A stretch of 64,000 nucleotides of DNA from Bdellovibrionota bacterium FG-1 (GCA_051382295.1 JBBCAW010000003.1:32001-96000), one strand, 5' to 3'; shown: positions 37,675 through 49,144, numbered from the stretch's first letter. Program-made: numbers and translations. Notes: generated from the letters alone by a model not told the origin.

Positions 37675-38504
37675 TCCGCTAGGCCGTTTTGGCGGGCCAC
37701 AGATTCGATGAGTTCCTTGGCGTCTGGCGAACTTGGATTTTCATGAAGAGAATTAAAAATTTCTTCGCGCAATTTTGGGTCGGATTCGAGTCCAAAATAA
37801 GTTTCTAAAAGTTGTGCGGGATAGGAAGTCGTAAATACGGACTGCCCTGAAGCGTCTTGCGCGGGAGCACGATTGGCATTTTTACGAAGTTCGCCGCGGA
37901 TTTCGCCCAAGATAATTTCCTTGGCGGGTTCCGTGTGCACGCCCTCCTTGTTGGCAAGGTGTGAAGTCAGATTGAGCAATTCATGGCGTTCATAGGACCA
38001 ATCCGTAGGGATAGTGTTCAGTACATCTTGAATGGCCTGCAGACTCTCCGTTGGTTTCCTTTCCAAAAGTTCAAGTTGCTGGGCCGCAAAGGTCACATCG
38101 AGAGCGTCCTCGCGTGTTCCATGTTGATCTAAAATAAGGAGCTTTTTCAGGCTCTGTCCTTCGTTTGAGGATGGAAAGTAGGCATCGACTTGTCGTTCAA
38201 AGTCACCGAACCCGCGAGCCTCGGCGTGATCGGCCCACGTGGGGGTCGAAGGAAGCATGGGCGACGCAGGGGTGATTTTTGGGGCGGTGGCCGGTGTTTG
38301 AGCCAGTTGTTGAATCAGGGGAGCGCCCTCGGTTTCGAGATACCGGGCCACCTCGCGAATCGTGGCTTGGTTCTGGGCTTCGACCCTGGGTGGGTCTCCA
38401 AAGCGCAGCCAAAAAAACACGATCAGGGTTCCGCCGAGTAGAAAACTCAGCAGCATAGCGGCGGGGCGGGGAGATGTCTGAGACTGAATCCGTGCAGATC
38501 GCAT
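37671..38504 (-). CDS. Hypothetical membrane-anchored helical protein
   Basis: Long ORF with N-terminal TM helix; start moved to ATG 38504 because the upstream part is AT-rich and promoter-like. Confidence 0.65.
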   Translation of the reverse strand: MRSARIQSQTSPRPAAMLLSFLLGGTLIVFFWLRFGDPPRVEAQNQATIREVARYLETEGAPLIQQLAQTPATAPKITPASPMLPSTPTWADHAEARGFGDFERQVDAYFPSSNEGQSLKKLLILDQHGTREDALDVTFAAQQLELLERKPTESLQAIQDVLNTIPTDWSYERHELLNLTSHLANKEGVHTEPAKEIILGEIRGELRKNANRAPAQDASGQSVFTTSYPAQLLETYFGLESDPKLREEIFNSLHENPSSPDAKELIESVARQNGLAD

Positions 38505-38647
38505 GCGATGACTACATCGGAATAAGTTTGAATAAACTTGATGTAAATATGTCCAATATGTATTAAAAATGCGTAAAAACAAGGAGTTATAAAAAGACTT
38601 TTATTGTCAGGTAATATCCCTTAGAATGAGCTCTCGGGGGAAAAATC

Positions 38648-39550
38648 ATGAGAAATTTAATCGTTGGTTTGAGTATTGGCTTGAGTCTTGGTTTGGCGGG
38701 GTGCCTCGGTAAACCTGACACGGTTCAGGCTCCGAATGCGGACACGGCAGCCGCTCAAGGTGCTTTGGCGATTTCGGCAGGGGAAGGTGGAGCCGCTGGT
38801 GCTCAGGGGGGTGGCGCTGGTGCCGCTGCGGGTGATGCGGTAGCCGTTGAGGGGAAGATCATCACTATTTCTGGATTTCATCCTCCTGGGGTCTCTGGAA
38901 TCAATTTGGATTTAGTCGGCGCTAATCAAGCCTCAACGGTTTTGTTTAACGCGTTGAGTTTGGCGAGCGCCCAAAAAAGGCTAGATCCCCAATTGGGTGA
39001 TAAAACCGAAGTTCATTTGGTAGTGCTAAGAAGTTCAGCTAGCGCTGAAATAACCCATGTTTTTAAGTTTTCGGATTTTAAATCACTGATGAATAGCCAA
39101 TTACCATTGGGAGTGGCTTATGTTTCAGCGGAGGGTGAAGCAGTTCAGGTGGTAGGCCTCCCTGTGGGGTTACCTGTGATGCTAGGTGTACCCAATCTGA
39201 ACGGTATTTCAGCATCGGTAACGAATAGTGGTGGGTTAGTGATTTTTGGTGGGATGAATCCACAAACTAAGGCTCCTCTGTCGGATTTGATGGTGTTTGA
39301 TAAAAAAGGTGCAGCAATCAAACCTACTCCTATAGCGCTGAACATGGGATCATCGGTCGTGGCGCTTTCGGTGATCCATTCGCAAAAACCGTGTCCCTTG
39401 ATGGAGGGTTGGACGGTGGTACAAATAAAAGACAGAGTCGGGGGATTCAGTTACAAGGCTTATGATTTAAGCAGCCCAGTGGTGCCAACCAAAAATATTT
39501 CGGTGACTCTGTCTTTACTTAAGAGCGGAGGTATTTGTACCCATTTTTGA
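38648..39550 (+). CDS. Hypothetical lipoprotein (paralog 1)
   Basis: Lipobox LAGC; shares signal region and LDPQLGDKT with the next gene. Confidence 0.8.
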   Translation: MRNLIVGLSIGLSLGLAGCLGKPDTVQAPNADTAAAQGALAISAGEGGAAGAQGGGAGAAAGDAVAVEGKIITISGFHPPGVSGINLDLVGANQASTVLFNALSLASAQKRLDPQLGDKTEVHLVVLRSSASAEITHVFKFSDFKSLMNSQLPLGVAYVSAEGEAVQVVGLPVGLPVMLGVPNLNGISASVTNSGGLVIFGGMNPQTKAPLSDLMVFDKKGAAIKPTPIALNMGSSVVALSVIHSQKPCPLMEGWTVVQIKDRVGGFSYKAYDLSSPVVPTKNISVTLSLLKSGGICTHF

Positions 39551-39592
39551 CTGCTTTAATAGGGTGAGTGTAACTTTTCCGGGGGGAAAATC

Positions 39593-40474
39593 ATGAAAAA
39601 TCTAATCGTTGGTATGGGTATTGGCTTGAGTTTTGTTTTGGCGGGTTGTTCGGGCAAGTCTAGCACAGTCGAGGCTCCTCATGCGGATCCGGCGGCGGTG
39701 CAAGTTGAAATGAAGATCGGTGGGGGAGGTGAAGCGGGCAGCGCTTCTGACGCCGCTGCCAGAAAAGTCACGGCGTTTCATGCATGGACTGTGCCTTCGA
39801 TGAATGAAAAAATTCTCAACCCTCACCAGTCTTCTATCATTTTCTTTGATCTTGCCGTTGTAAAATCAGTCAAGTTGGATCCGCAGTTAGGTGACAAGAC
39901 GCCCATTGATTTGGTTGCCGTTGAGTCGCTGGACGGTTATCCCGCAGTCACTCATAGTTTTACGTACGCGGATTTTAAGCCTCTTTTTTCGAGCATGATG
40001 CCGGTCGGCGCGGCCTTTCTCACTGCGAGTGGGGCCAAAAAATTAATGGCCATAGATCGGTATTCAGGACAATACGGGAATATGGTGACCAATGCTGTTT
40101 TGGCGGCCGTTACCAACGATGACGGTTTGGTGGTTTATGGAGCTTTTGATTCGCACAAGAAGGATGTAAAGTTTTCATTACTGGTTTACGATAGTGATGG
40201 TAAAAAGGTGGGGCAAGACATAGCCTTTTCGGGAACTGGCGGAAGCGTGCAAGGTCTTGCGGTGATTCATATGGTTGGCCCATTGCCGCGGTATAATCTC
40301 AATGGCTGGGTGATTGTGCAACAGGCAGGATTACCGAATGCCAAGCCACACGCACCATCTAATCCCGTCTTTCAAGCTATTAAACTCTATGGAGTTGGAT
40401 TGCCGATGCTGCTTCCTTTGACGGCGACTCAAGTCGGCAATGGTACCCTTCCCACGGTTCCACAAGGCATTTAA
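39593..40474 (+). CDS. Hypothetical lipoprotein (paralog 2)
   Basis: Lipobox LAGC; LDPQLGDKT. Confidence 0.8.
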   Translation: MKNLIVGMGIGLSFVLAGCSGKSSTVEAPHADPAAVQVEMKIGGGGEAGSASDAAARKVTAFHAWTVPSMNEKILNPHQSSIIFFDLAVVKSVKLDPQLGDKTPIDLVAVESLDGYPAVTHSFTYADFKPLFSSMMPVGAAFLTASGAKKLMAIDRYSGQYGNMVTNAVLAAVTNDDGLVVYGAFDSHKKDVKFSLLVYDSDGKKVGQDIAFSGTGGSVQGLAVIHMVGPLPRYNLNGWVIVQQAGLPNAKPHAPSNPVFQAIKLYGVGLPMLLPLTATQVGNGTLPTVPQGI

Positions 40475-40476
40475 TC

Positions 40477-41628
40477 TCACCCCAGCCCTTGCTTCAGGTC
40501 CTCAATTAAATCCTGCACGTCTTCAATGCCGCAACTCACGCGAATGAGGTTGTCGTGAATGCCCAGTTCTCGGCGGGTTTCGGCAGGAATGCTTGCATGG
40601 GTCATAATCGCGGGATGTTCGATGAGGGATTCCACTCCGCCGAGGCTTTCGGCGAGAGTGAAGATCTTGACCCTTTCGAGAAAGGTCCGTGCCTCAGCAA
40701 GGCCGCCCTTCATAAAAAAAGTGATCATGCCGCCAAAGCCCGACATTTGTTTTTTGGCGAGCGCATGTTGCGGGTGGGATTCGAGTCCAGGGTAGACGAC
40801 GCGCTCGATCTTCGGATGCTTTTCAAGATAATGCGCAATTTCCATCGCGTTTTTCGCGTGTCGATCCATCCGGACATGTAAGGTTTTGAGCCCGCGCATC
40901 ACCAAAAAACAATCCTGCGGCCCTGGAACCGCACCGATCGCGTTCTGGATGAACTTGAGTTGTTCGTAAAGATCTGGACGACTCGTGGCCAAAACTCCGC
41001 CCACCACATCACTATGCCCATTCATGTATTTCGTTACACTGTGAACCACAATGTCCGCGCCGAGATTGAGCGGCTTTTGAAAATAGCTGCTCATGAAAGT
41101 ATTATCGACCACCGAAACCGCCCCTTTGCGTTTGGCGAGCGCGGTGAGGGCTTGAATGTCGAGGACCTTGAGCATTGGATTTGTGGGGGTTTCCATCCAA
41201 AAAAGGCGCGTATTGGGGCGAAACGCCGCTTCCGTTTTAGCTAAGTCCGAGCAGTCGACAAAGCTGAACTGGATTCCCATTTTCGTGAATACTTTGTCGA
41301 AAATACGAAAAGTCCCACCGTAAACATCGTCACAACAAACAACGTGATCCCCGCTCTTCAGTAGATGCAAAATCGCATCCGAGGTGGCAAGACCCGACGA
41401 AAAAGCCAAAGCATGCTTCGCGTTTTCAAGGGCCGCGACACAGGCCTGATAGGCCGTGCGGGTCGGATTGTCCGTGCGCGAGTACTCATAACCGCGGTGT
41501 TTTCCGGGAGATTCTTGCGCATAGGTGCTGGTTTGATAAATCGGGGTCATCACCGCGCCCGTTTGAGGGTCGGGGTGTTGACCTGCGTGGATAGCGAGCG
41601 TGCCAAAACCGTGTTTTTGCTCAGTCAT
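40477..41628 (-). CDS. Cystathionine gamma-lyase/synthase (Cys/Met PLP family)
   Basis: PIYQTST, YEYSR, DDVYGGT, ETPTNP, HSVTKY, AESLGGVESL. Confidence 0.95.
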   Translation of the reverse strand: MTEQKHGFGTLAIHAGQHPDPQTGAVMTPIYQTSTYAQESPGKHRGYEYSRTDNPTRTAYQACVAALENAKHALAFSSGLATSDAILHLLKSGDHVVCCDDVYGGTFRIFDKVFTKMGIQFSFVDCSDLAKTEAAFRPNTRLFWMETPTNPMLKVLDIQALTALAKRKGAVSVVDNTFMSSYFQKPLNLGADIVVHSVTKYMNGHSDVVGGVLATSRPDLYEQLKFIQNAIGAVPGPQDCFLVMRGLKTLHVRMDRHAKNAMEIAHYLEKHPKIERVVYPGLESHPQHALAKKQMSGFGGMITFFMKGGLAEARTFLERVKIFTLAESLGGVESLIEHPAIMTHASIPAETRRELGIHDNLIRVSCGIEDVQDLIEDLKQGLG

Positions 41629-41631
41629 GAG

Positions 41632-43047
41632 TTAGGTCCTATGTCCGAAGTAATTCAAGAGATCGATTTTGGTGATGATACCCAGGATTTTTCCGTGCTG
41701 ATGGGGATCGTTGACCAGTGGCATCTTGCCTGAGGTCACCAACCTGGACACTTTTTCGATCGGGTCGTCTGGGGTGACAAACTCCACCGATGAATCCACG
41801 AGAGATTCGATCGTTTCCGTGGGTTTGGTTCGTCCCTGGTAAAGGGCGTTCAGGATTGCACCCTCCGTGGCCACGCCTTTGATCCAACCCGCAGAATCGG
41901 CAACAGGGACTTGGCTGATTCCCTTGGAACTCATCAGTTCGATCACCGCAGAGACTTTGTCGGTTTGCTTGGCCATAATGACAGGCTTTGTCCCGTCGGG
42001 GTGCATGGCGCGAAGCAGGTCGCCTACCGTTCCCATGGATGGCTTGTCGAGGAAGCCGGCTTCTCGCATCCAGTCATCATTGAAGACTTTGGACATGTAA
42101 CGATTGCCACTGTCCGGAAGGACGATGAGGATGTTTTTGCCTTTAATCTTGTCGCCTTGCTCTTTCGCCCACTTGAGGGCGCCCACCACGGCGGAGCCCG
42201 AAGAAATCCCGCAATACAGGCCTTCTTTTGTGAGTAACTCGCGCGTCATCAAAAAAGATTCTTTGTCTTCGACACGGGCGATGTCGTCTAAGACGGAAAA
42301 GTCGTAATTTTTGGGAATGAAGTCTTCGCCAATGCCTTCAATTTTATAGGTCTTAGGCAAGGACTGCATTTTTCCGGTTTTGAAGTAATCGAAAACAATT
42401 GAACCCACCGGGTCGATGGCGACGACCTGGACGGAGGGCTTTTTTTCTTTGAGGTATTTGCCTACGCCACAAACGGTACCGCCGGTTCCAATTCCAGCAA
42501 TAAAGGCATCAATTTCGGGCATCTGCTCTAAAATTTCAGGGCCGGTCGTGCGGTAATGGCATTCGCGGTTCGACAGATTGTCGTATTGATTCATGTACAT
42601 GGCATTGGGTGTTTCTCGCGCCAGACGGCGTGACACTTGATAATAACTGCGCGGATCATCGGCCTCAACCGCCGTAGGGGTAACCACCACCTTGGCTCCG
42701 AAGGCACGGAGGTTCTGAATTTTTTCGTTCGACATTTTATCGGGCAGCACAAAAATACAGCGGTAACCCTTAATTGCCGCCGCAATAGCGAGACCGACTC
42801 CCGTGTTGCCGCTGGTCCCTTCGACAATCGTACCGCCTGGTTTAAGTGTGCCGTTTTTTTCAGCGTCATCAATCATCCACCAGCCGATTCGATCTTTGAT
42901 CGAGCCTCCCGGATTCATGAATTCGAGTTTGGCGTAAAAATTAGCCTGGAGTCCTTGCGTCACTCGGTTGAGTTTGACGATAGGGGTGTTGCCAATCGCT
43001 TGAATGACATTTTCTTTGAGCAGAGAAGTAGTTTTTGCCGACATCAT
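41632..43047 (-). CDS. Cystathionine beta-synthase with C-terminal CBS domains
   Basis: KLEFMNPGGSIKDR, TSGNTG, GTGGT, IEGIG, PDSG.RYMSK.FND.WM, CBS pair. Confidence 0.95.
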   Translation of the reverse strand: MMSAKTTSLLKENVIQAIGNTPIVKLNRVTQGLQANFYAKLEFMNPGGSIKDRIGWWMIDDAEKNGTLKPGGTIVEGTSGNTGVGLAIAAAIKGYRCIFVLPDKMSNEKIQNLRAFGAKVVVTPTAVEADDPRSYYQVSRRLARETPNAMYMNQYDNLSNRECHYRTTGPEILEQMPEIDAFIAGIGTGGTVCGVGKYLKEKKPSVQVVAIDPVGSIVFDYFKTGKMQSLPKTYKIEGIGEDFIPKNYDFSVLDDIARVEDKESFLMTRELLTKEGLYCGISSGSAVVGALKWAKEQGDKIKGKNILIVLPDSGNRYMSKVFNDDWMREAGFLDKPSMGTVGDLLRAMHPDGTKPVIMAKQTDKVSAVIELMSSKGISQVPVADSAGWIKGVATEGAILNALYQGRTKPTETIESLVDSSVEFVTPDDPIEKVSRLVTSGKMPLVNDPHQHGKILGIITKIDLLNYFGHRT

Positions 43048-43097
43048 TTCTTAGTAACATCGAATTTCCGCAGGCTGAAACCGTTATTTTCGTTGGG

Positions 43098-43985
43098 CTA
43101 CCATTTTACGCGCTGATCTTCTGACACGCCTGGTAAATTCTGGATCCGGATTTCTGGGTTAGGAAGAGAGGGATGTCGAATAGTACCGCTGAAAATGCCG
43201 GTCAGCTGAGCAAAACGGCTACTGGCAACGATGAGATCACGGTCTTCGCGATGGATGCTCTTGGGGGTAAAGGTGAGGTTCAGTGATCGATCCTGAGTTT
43301 TGATTTTCCAGGCTGCAGTCGGCGAATTTCGCGCAAAATGAAAACTGACCGGGCTAAGCGGATACAGCTGTCCTCCCAACCAAAGCGTGTTTTCACGACT
43401 CTCGCCGAGGTGATTTCCTTCGGCCAGATTGAAAGCAATAAATCCGTGCTCCGCGGTGTTACCGAGGGCAAAGCTCCAGCGCCAATCGGTTACTTTTGGA
43501 AGGTGGCCCGAAGTGAAGTCCATTCCTGCGAGCGCCGAGTGGAGGGGATAGGTTTGGCCGTGGCAAAGGATCGTGCCTTCAACTCGAAGCGGAGAGGTTT
43601 TTTGGGTCAAAGTAAGGGTGTTTGTCTCTGGTCTTGCCGCGACACAAACAGAACGCGTTTGCGGGTCTTCGAAAAGCTGGGCCTTGATTTTCAGGTCTGG
43701 GCTTTCAAGGAGATAGTCGAAATGATCGGAGGTTTCGGATCGACTGAGTTCGATGTTGAGGGAGTGGCGTCGAAACCAGGCGTGCGCACCTTGAGTGGGG
43801 CGTGAGTTGATTTGAACCATCCAACGTGAAACACCTAGACAAGAACCATCCGCGAGAACTTTGCCGGTTTTTAGGTTGGCGAGGTGGTAAAAAGCAGTAC
43901 CCGCAAGGCCCGTATCGACAATGGCCGAGGAAAAAAACAGGTCGCCCGCCGAAATACAAAGGTATTGCCAACGTTTTTCAAACAT
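43098..43985 (-). CDS. DUF2804-like protein
   Basis: KRWQY, DFTSG...T.WRW, ENTLWL, LTFTP, GIFSG, GVSEDQ..KW. Confidence 0.7.
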   Translation of the reverse strand: MFEKRWQYLCISAGDLFFSSAIVDTGLAGTAFYHLANLKTGKVLADGSCLGVSRWMVQINSRPTQGAHAWFRRHSLNIELSRSETSDHFDYLLESPDLKIKAQLFEDPQTRSVCVAARPETNTLTLTQKTSPLRVEGTILCHGQTYPLHSALAGMDFTSGHLPKVTDWRWSFALGNTAEHGFIAFNLAEGNHLGESRENTLWLGGQLYPLSPVSFHFARNSPTAAWKIKTQDRSLNLTFTPKSIHREDRDLIVASSRFAQLTGIFSGTIRHPSLPNPEIRIQNLPGVSEDQRVKW

Positions 43986-43997
43986 CGTGAATGCGCC

Positions 43998-45155
43998 TCA
44001 ATGAGGCACAAATACCATAGTCTGATAACCCCGGCGATCGAGTTCATCCAAAAATTTTGGGAGCACAATGGTGGTTTGTTCTTGAATGTCATGGAACAAG
44101 ATAATGCCTCCTTTTTCGCGGTTGAGCTCATGGAGCACGTTTTGGTAGAGTTCCACTGGATTGCGAAGTTTCCAATCGCTTGAGTCCATATTCCAAAGGA
44201 AATTCGTGATGTTTTGGGTCTTGAGGTAATCCACTAAGGCGTGGGATTTGCCACCGAATGGAAAGCGAAAAAAGGGAATAGAAACTCCGGAGGCGTCTTC
44301 GACCGCTTTTTTGCCCTTCTGGATGTTGGCCTCGGCATCCGGAAGCACCATTTGGGCGAGGTTGGGATGATCCCAGCTATGCGATCCCACAATATGGCCT
44401 TCGGCGACTTCTTGGGCGGAGAGTTGCGGGAATTTTTTGGCCATTTGGCCTACTGAAAAAAAGGTCACACGAACGCCGTGGTCTTTGAGTGCCTGCAAAA
44501 TCTTTGCAGTGCGGGTGGGATGAGGGCCGTCATCAATGGTGATCGCGACTTGCCCTTCTTTGAGATATCCTTCGCTGCGCAGACCGTAGAGCGTTTCGCC
44601 TTTGCTGGTGTCGACATGGATTTCGTCAGTCGGAGGGTGGGGCTTAAGGGCGAGATCTGGGGTGCCGTCAGGAAGTTGGGGACGGAGGCTGGTCATCTCT
44701 TGGAGTGCGAGATGGTTAGAAAGTTGGATCTTGCCCACCCGCCAAAAGGCCTGAATTTGGGCGGAGAGGGGCCGCGCGCAAGGCATGAGTTTGGCGTTTT
44801 CGGGCCGACTGAGTTCATCTTCGAAAAGGGCAACGTCCGAGTCTCCGAGGGAGGTGAGCGCCCGACAAAGGGCTTGCCAGGCGATCGGAGAGTTTTGATC
44901 GCGTACATTGGTAAAGACGTCTTCGGGGGTGTTGCCGCTGAGATGCCAATCTTTATAATGTCTCGCTTTGGCATTCGTAGCGATGGACTGTAAAACGTCC
45001 GATCGGATCTGGGTATCATAGCCGGTGATGCCTTGTGGCTGATCGACCGCGTTTTTGGCGATGCCGGTTTGGGCACCGATACCCGCCACGGTGCCAAGAA
45101 GGAGAAGGGAGGTGACGATTTTAGAACCCTGAGATTGGTTTTTTGGCTTACGCAT
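43998..45155 (-). CDS. Secreted polysaccharide/peptidoglycan deacetylase (CE4) with N-terminal extra domain
   Basis: Signal peptide, TIDDGP, HSWDH, RFPFG, DSSDW, LFHD. Confidence 0.92.
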   Translation of the reverse strand: MRKPKNQSQGSKIVTSLLLLGTVAGIGAQTGIAKNAVDQPQGITGYDTQIRSDVLQSIATNAKARHYKDWHLSGNTPEDVFTNVRDQNSPIAWQALCRALTSLGDSDVALFEDELSRPENAKLMPCARPLSAQIQAFWRVGKIQLSNHLALQEMTSLRPQLPDGTPDLALKPHPPTDEIHVDTSKGETLYGLRSEGYLKEGQVAITIDDGPHPTRTAKILQALKDHGVRVTFFSVGQMAKKFPQLSAQEVAEGHIVGSHSWDHPNLAQMVLPDAEANIQKGKKAVEDASGVSIPFFRFPFGGKSHALVDYLKTQNITNFLWNMDSSDWKLRNPVELYQNVLHELNREKGGIILFHDIQEQTTIVLPKFLDELDRRGYQTMVFVPH

Positions 45156-45276
45156 AGTGGGCGAATATTATATTACTAAACTTAAAGTGTCAAGTATTTG
45201 GAAAGGTTATATAAATCAGTCACTTAGTGTTTATCCACGGGCCGGGTGGGCAAATTGTCAAATGATCACTAGAAAG

Positions 45277-45290
45277 TTGAACAGAATCAA
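45277..45290. promoter_or_regulatory. FNR-like box upstream of actA
   Basis: TTGAA-CAGA-ATCAA, one mismatch to TTGAT-N4-ATCAA. Confidence 0.35.
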
Positions 45291-45330
45291 GCTATCAATG
45301 TTCGGTCCAAACAAAAAATAGGTACTTCCC

Positions 45331-45921
45331 ATGCTTTACATCTCTGAGCCGCAAAAGAAGTTGGGCATTGTTCTGTCTGTCATCGTCGCGGTGATAGCGA
45401 TGGCTGGCCTTTCTACCTACTATCCAAGCGCATCGAACCAGGGCTATTCACCCGAACAGCCGATGCCTTTCAGTCATAAAATTCACGCTGGAGTGAATAA
45501 AATTCCATGCTTGTATTGTCATTCTGGGGCTGAGAAATCCAAACACGCCTTAATCCCGTCGATGAATGTCTGTATGAATTGCCATACGGTTGTTAAGACT
45601 GACAGTCCATGGGTTCGGGAGATCCAAAAGCATTATAAGGACGGAACGCCCATTGAATGGGTACGTGTTCATGAGTTACCAGATTATGTTTATTTTCCGC
45701 ACAAACGGCACGTTGCACGAGGCGTCGCTTGCGAGGTTTGTCACGGACCTGTTCAAGACATGGATCAGGTCTATCAAGCCTCTGCGTTAACCATGGGATG
45801 GTGTATGGAATGTCACCGCGGTCAAACGACGCCCAAGCAAGTTTTGCAGAATATTTATCCTTTAATGATGGAACCGCAAGGACCGGTGGCGCCAGTCAAT
45901 TGCAACACCTGTCACAATTAA
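45331..45921 (+). CDS. actA: Alternative complex III subunit A, pentahaem cytochrome c
   Basis: Five CxxCH motifs, QPMPFSHKIH, MGWCMECH. Confidence 0.93.
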   Translation: MLYISEPQKKLGIVLSVIVAVIAMAGLSTYYPSASNQGYSPEQPMPFSHKIHAGVNKIPCLYCHSGAEKSKHALIPSMNVCMNCHTVVKTDSPWVREIQKHYKDGTPIEWVRVHELPDYVYFPHKRHVARGVACEVCHGPVQDMDQVYQASALTMGWCMECHRGQTTPKQVLQNIYPLMMEPQGPVAPVNCNTCHN

Positions 45922-45946
45922 TTCACAGCCAAAAGTCAAACGTACG

Positions 45947-48900
45947 GTGAGAGAACTCATGGATCTATCTTTGCCTGATTCAAATCAAAAGAACCAAAAT
46001 CTCGAAACGCAGGATTTTATTCCCCCGCGGCACTGGATCGGTCCCGAACAGCTCGATCCTAGTTATTGGGCGGATGCTAAAACGCAGGAAAAACGAGGAC
46101 AGGAATTTTTTGAAAAGCCCGTTGAGCTGATTGAAACACTGGATCGTCTCGATCAGGGCGGTATTGCAAGGCGGGATTTTTTAACCGTCATGGGTGCCAG
46201 TATGGCTTTGGCATCGACGGCTTGCGCTCGTCGTCCTGTACATAAGATCATTCCCTATGTCGTTAAGCCCGAGGAAATTACCCCGGGTGTGGCCAATCAC
46301 TATGCGACCACTTGTCAAGAATGTTCAGTGGGCTGCGGCATAGTTGCCAAGAATCGCGAGGGTCGACCCATTAAGCTCGAAGGCAATACCGAGCACCCTG
46401 TGAATGAGGGCGCTCTTTGTGCCCGCGGTCAGGCCTCGCTTTTGAATCTTTACGATCCCGATCGCCTTCGTAATCCTCTTCGGCGCTCGAGGCTGGCTCC
46501 TCTTTCGAATCAAGAAATCTCTTGGGCGGATGCGGATAAAAACGTGGTGAGTAAGCTCAAGGCTGTCGTCGCAAGTGGCGGACGAGTGCGGATCCTTTCG
46601 GGGCCGATTCAGAGCGAGTCCACGCATCGGTTGATTCGTGATTTTCTGTCGGGTTTTCGCTCGGGCGAGTTAGTCGAGTGGGAGCCGCTAGCCCAGGACG
46701 ATATCGTGGAGGCTCAAGAAATTTCTTACGGGACGACCGTTCTTCCTCATTATCGTTTCGATCAAGCTCAATTGGTTGTTTCTTTTGGGGCTGATTTTTT
46801 GGGAACTTGGGGCTCTCCGGTTGAACACGCTCGTGCGTGGCGGAAGACGCGCAAGTTGGACGTCAAAGCGGGCGTTCATCAAAAATTTAGCAAGTTAGTG
46901 GTTTTTGAGCCGACCTTCACGATCACGGGCGGAGCCGCTGACCAGCGGATTGCGATTCGGCCGGGTGATGAGCTGAAGCTCGCCCTCGCGCTTGCTCATG
47001 AACTCGTGATTGTACAGAAGCGTTCGGCATGGGCCGGAGACGCTGCGGTGATGTCATTACTTTCTGGCTATCAGCCCGCTGTTGTGGCCCATGAAGTAGG
47101 AGTGGATGTTCATGTTCTTCAGGCATTGGCTGAGGACCTCTGGAAAAATCGCGCAAAAAGCCTAGTGGTGGGGGGCGGGATTGCTTCTCGAACCGCAGGC
47201 GTATTAGGTCTCCACGTAGCGGTTAACTTGTTGAACTCAGTTCTTGAAAACGAAGGCGTCACGGTGGATGGGACGGCACGAAGCTCGACCTATCGTGCGA
47301 ATTTTGCGGCGTTTAATAAGCTGATTCAGGAAATGAAAAGTGGAGCGGTCGATGTTTTGATCGTTTACCGCAGCAATCCTGCGTTTACTTTGCCTCGCGG
47401 CGCGATGGGATTGGGTGAAGCCTTCGCCCGAGTGCCGTTGGTGATTTCGATTTCGGATCGTGAAGACGAGACGGCGATGTTATCGGATTGGGTCCTTCCA
47501 GATCATCATTATCTAGAAAACTGGGGTGATTCTCATCCGCGTAATGGGGTTTATAGTCTACAGCAGCCGGTGATTGCGCCCCTTTATTCAACCCGATCTT
47601 TTCAGGACTCGTTGATGGTCTGGGCTAAAGGAGCGGGACTAAAAGTCAGCGCACTATTCATGACTTCGACGGATTGGCATGGCTACCTCATGGGCAATTG
47701 GCGTGAAACCCTTTATCGTCAAAGTGGCAGCAAGGCGACGTTTGAGCGGTTTTGGGAAGGTTCGCTTCGTGTCGGCGTGTTGAATCTGTCTCACGGTAGC
47801 CATTCTAGTCCACGTAGCTTTAGAGGGAACTCGCTTGGGCAGCTTCCTCGCTACCAGGCACAAAATGCTCCGGAAGGGCAATTCTTTTTGTCCCTCTATC
47901 CTAAAGTTTCGATGAGTGACGGCCGGAGCGCAAATAATGCGTGGCTGCAAGAAATGCCAGATCCGGTGTCGGCCATTACCTGGGATAATTATCTGAACGT
48001 TTCTCCAGAGCTGGGCAAAAAAGTCGGTTTGAAAGAAGATGACGTCGTTGAGGTGAGTTCGGCGGATGTGAAAGTTCAGCTCCCGGTCCATATTCAGCCG
48101 GGGATGCATCCTTTCGTGGTGAGTGTCGCTATTGGTTATGGCCGTCGGGCGGCGGGCAAAGTGGGGAATGAAGCCGGCGTGGACGTGATTCCGTTTGCGC
48201 GTGTTGAAGGGAGTCGGTTGGCCTTTTCGGGGCATCATGTGAGTCTGCGTAAGACCGCGCGGATGTATCGATTAGCCTCGACGCAATGGCATACCGCCAC
48301 CGAAAATCGGCCGATCATCAACGATATTACGCTTTCTGAGTTTATCAAAAACCCGGGCGAATCCAATGAAACGGATCCCGAGTTGCGAATGAAGACAGTT
48401 CCAAGCATTTGGCCTTCCCATGAGTACAAGGGGCATCGCTGGGGTATGGCGATCGACCTGACCGCTTGCAACGGTTGTGGTGCTTGCGTGATTGGTTGCC
48501 AGGCTGAAAACAATATTCCGGTGGTGGGACGCGAGCAGGTGCGGAATAGCCGGCAAATGCACTGGATTCGCATCGATCGTTATTACTCGGGCCCGGCAGA
48601 TAAGCCCGAGATTGTTTTTCAACCGATGCTTTGTCAGCAATGTGAAAACGCTCCCTGTGAAACGGTTTGCCCGGTTTTGGCGACGGTCCATGACGACGAA
48701 GGCCTAAATGTTCAGGTGTATAATCGTTGCGTGGGAACTCGTTATTGCCAAAATAATTGTCCTTATAAGGTTCGTCGTTTTAACTTCTTTGATCATTGGA
48801 AGTCTTACGAGGGCGCGATGAACATGGTTTGGAATCCCGACGTGACGGTGCGTTCCCGGGGAATCATGGAAAAATGTACTTTCTGTGTTCAGCGTATTCG

Positions 48901-49144
48901 CGACGGCAAGGATAAAGCTAAGGATGCCGGCGAGAAGGTTTCGGACGGGATGGTTTTAACGGCTTGCCAGCAGACTTGTCCGGCTCAAGCCATCGTGTTT
49001 GGTGATTTGAATGATCCCACTAGCCGCGTATCTCAGTTACGGAAGGATCCGCGAGCTTACCGTGTTCTTGAGACCTTGAATACGAAGCCGATGGTTTCGT
49101 ACATGACTAAGGTTCGCAATAAAGAAGGTGAACAGCATGGCTAG
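45947..49144 (+). CDS. actB: Alternative complex III subunit B (TAT-exported molybdopterin-oxidoreductase-like domain plus Fe-S domain)
   Basis: RRDFL TAT motif, [20 protein letters not shown], Fe-S Cys clusters, RCVGTRYC. Confidence 0.95.
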   Translation: MRELMDLSLPDSNQKNQNLETQDFIPPRHWIGPEQLDPSYWADAKTQEKRGQEFFEKPVELIETLDRLDQGGIARRDFLTVMGASMALASTACARRPVHKIIPYVVKPEEITPGVANHYATTCQECSVGCGIVAKNREGRPIKLEGNTEHPVNEGALCARGQASLLNLYDPDRLRNPLRRSRLAPLSNQEISWADADKNVVSKLKAVVASGGRVRILSGPIQSESTHRLIRDFLSGFRSGELVEWEPLAQDDIVEAQEISYGTTVLPHYRFDQAQLVVSFGADFLGTWGSPVEHARAWRKTRKLDVKAGVHQKFSKLVVFEPTFTITGGAADQRIAIRPGDELKLALALAHELVIVQKRSAWAGDAAVMSLLSGYQPAVVAHEVGVDVHVLQALAEDLWKNRAKSLVVGGGIASRTAGVLGLHVAVNLLNSVLENEGVTVDGTARSSTYRANFAAFNKLIQEMKSGAVDVLIVYRSNPAFTLPRGAMGLGEAFARVPLVISISDREDETAMLSDWVLPDHHYLENWGDSHPRNGVYSLQQPVIAPLYSTRSFQDSLMVWAKGAGLKVSALFMTSTDWHGYLMGNWRETLYRQSGSKATFERFWEGSLRVGVLNLSHGSHSSPRSFRGNSLGQLPRYQAQNAPEGQFFLSLYPKVSMSDGRSANNAWLQEMPDPVSAITWDNYLNVSPELGKKVGLKEDDVVEVSSADVKVQLPVHIQPGMHPFVVSVAIGYGRRAAGKVGNEAGVDVIPFARVEGSRLAFSGHHVSLRKTARMYRLASTQWHTATENRPIINDITLSEFIKNPGESNETDPELRMKTVPSIWPSHEYKGHRWGMAIDLTACNGCGACVIGCQAENNIPVVGREQVRNSRQMHWIRIDRYYSGPADKPEIVFQPMLCQQCENAPCETVCPVLATVHDDEGLNVQVYNRCVGTRYCQNNCPYKVRRFNFFDHWKSYEGAMNMVWNPDVTVRSRGIMEKCTFCVQRIRDGKDKAKDAGEKVSDGMVLTACQQTCPAQAIVFGDLNDPTSRVSQLRKDPRAYRVLETLNTKPMVSYMTKVRNKEGEQHG

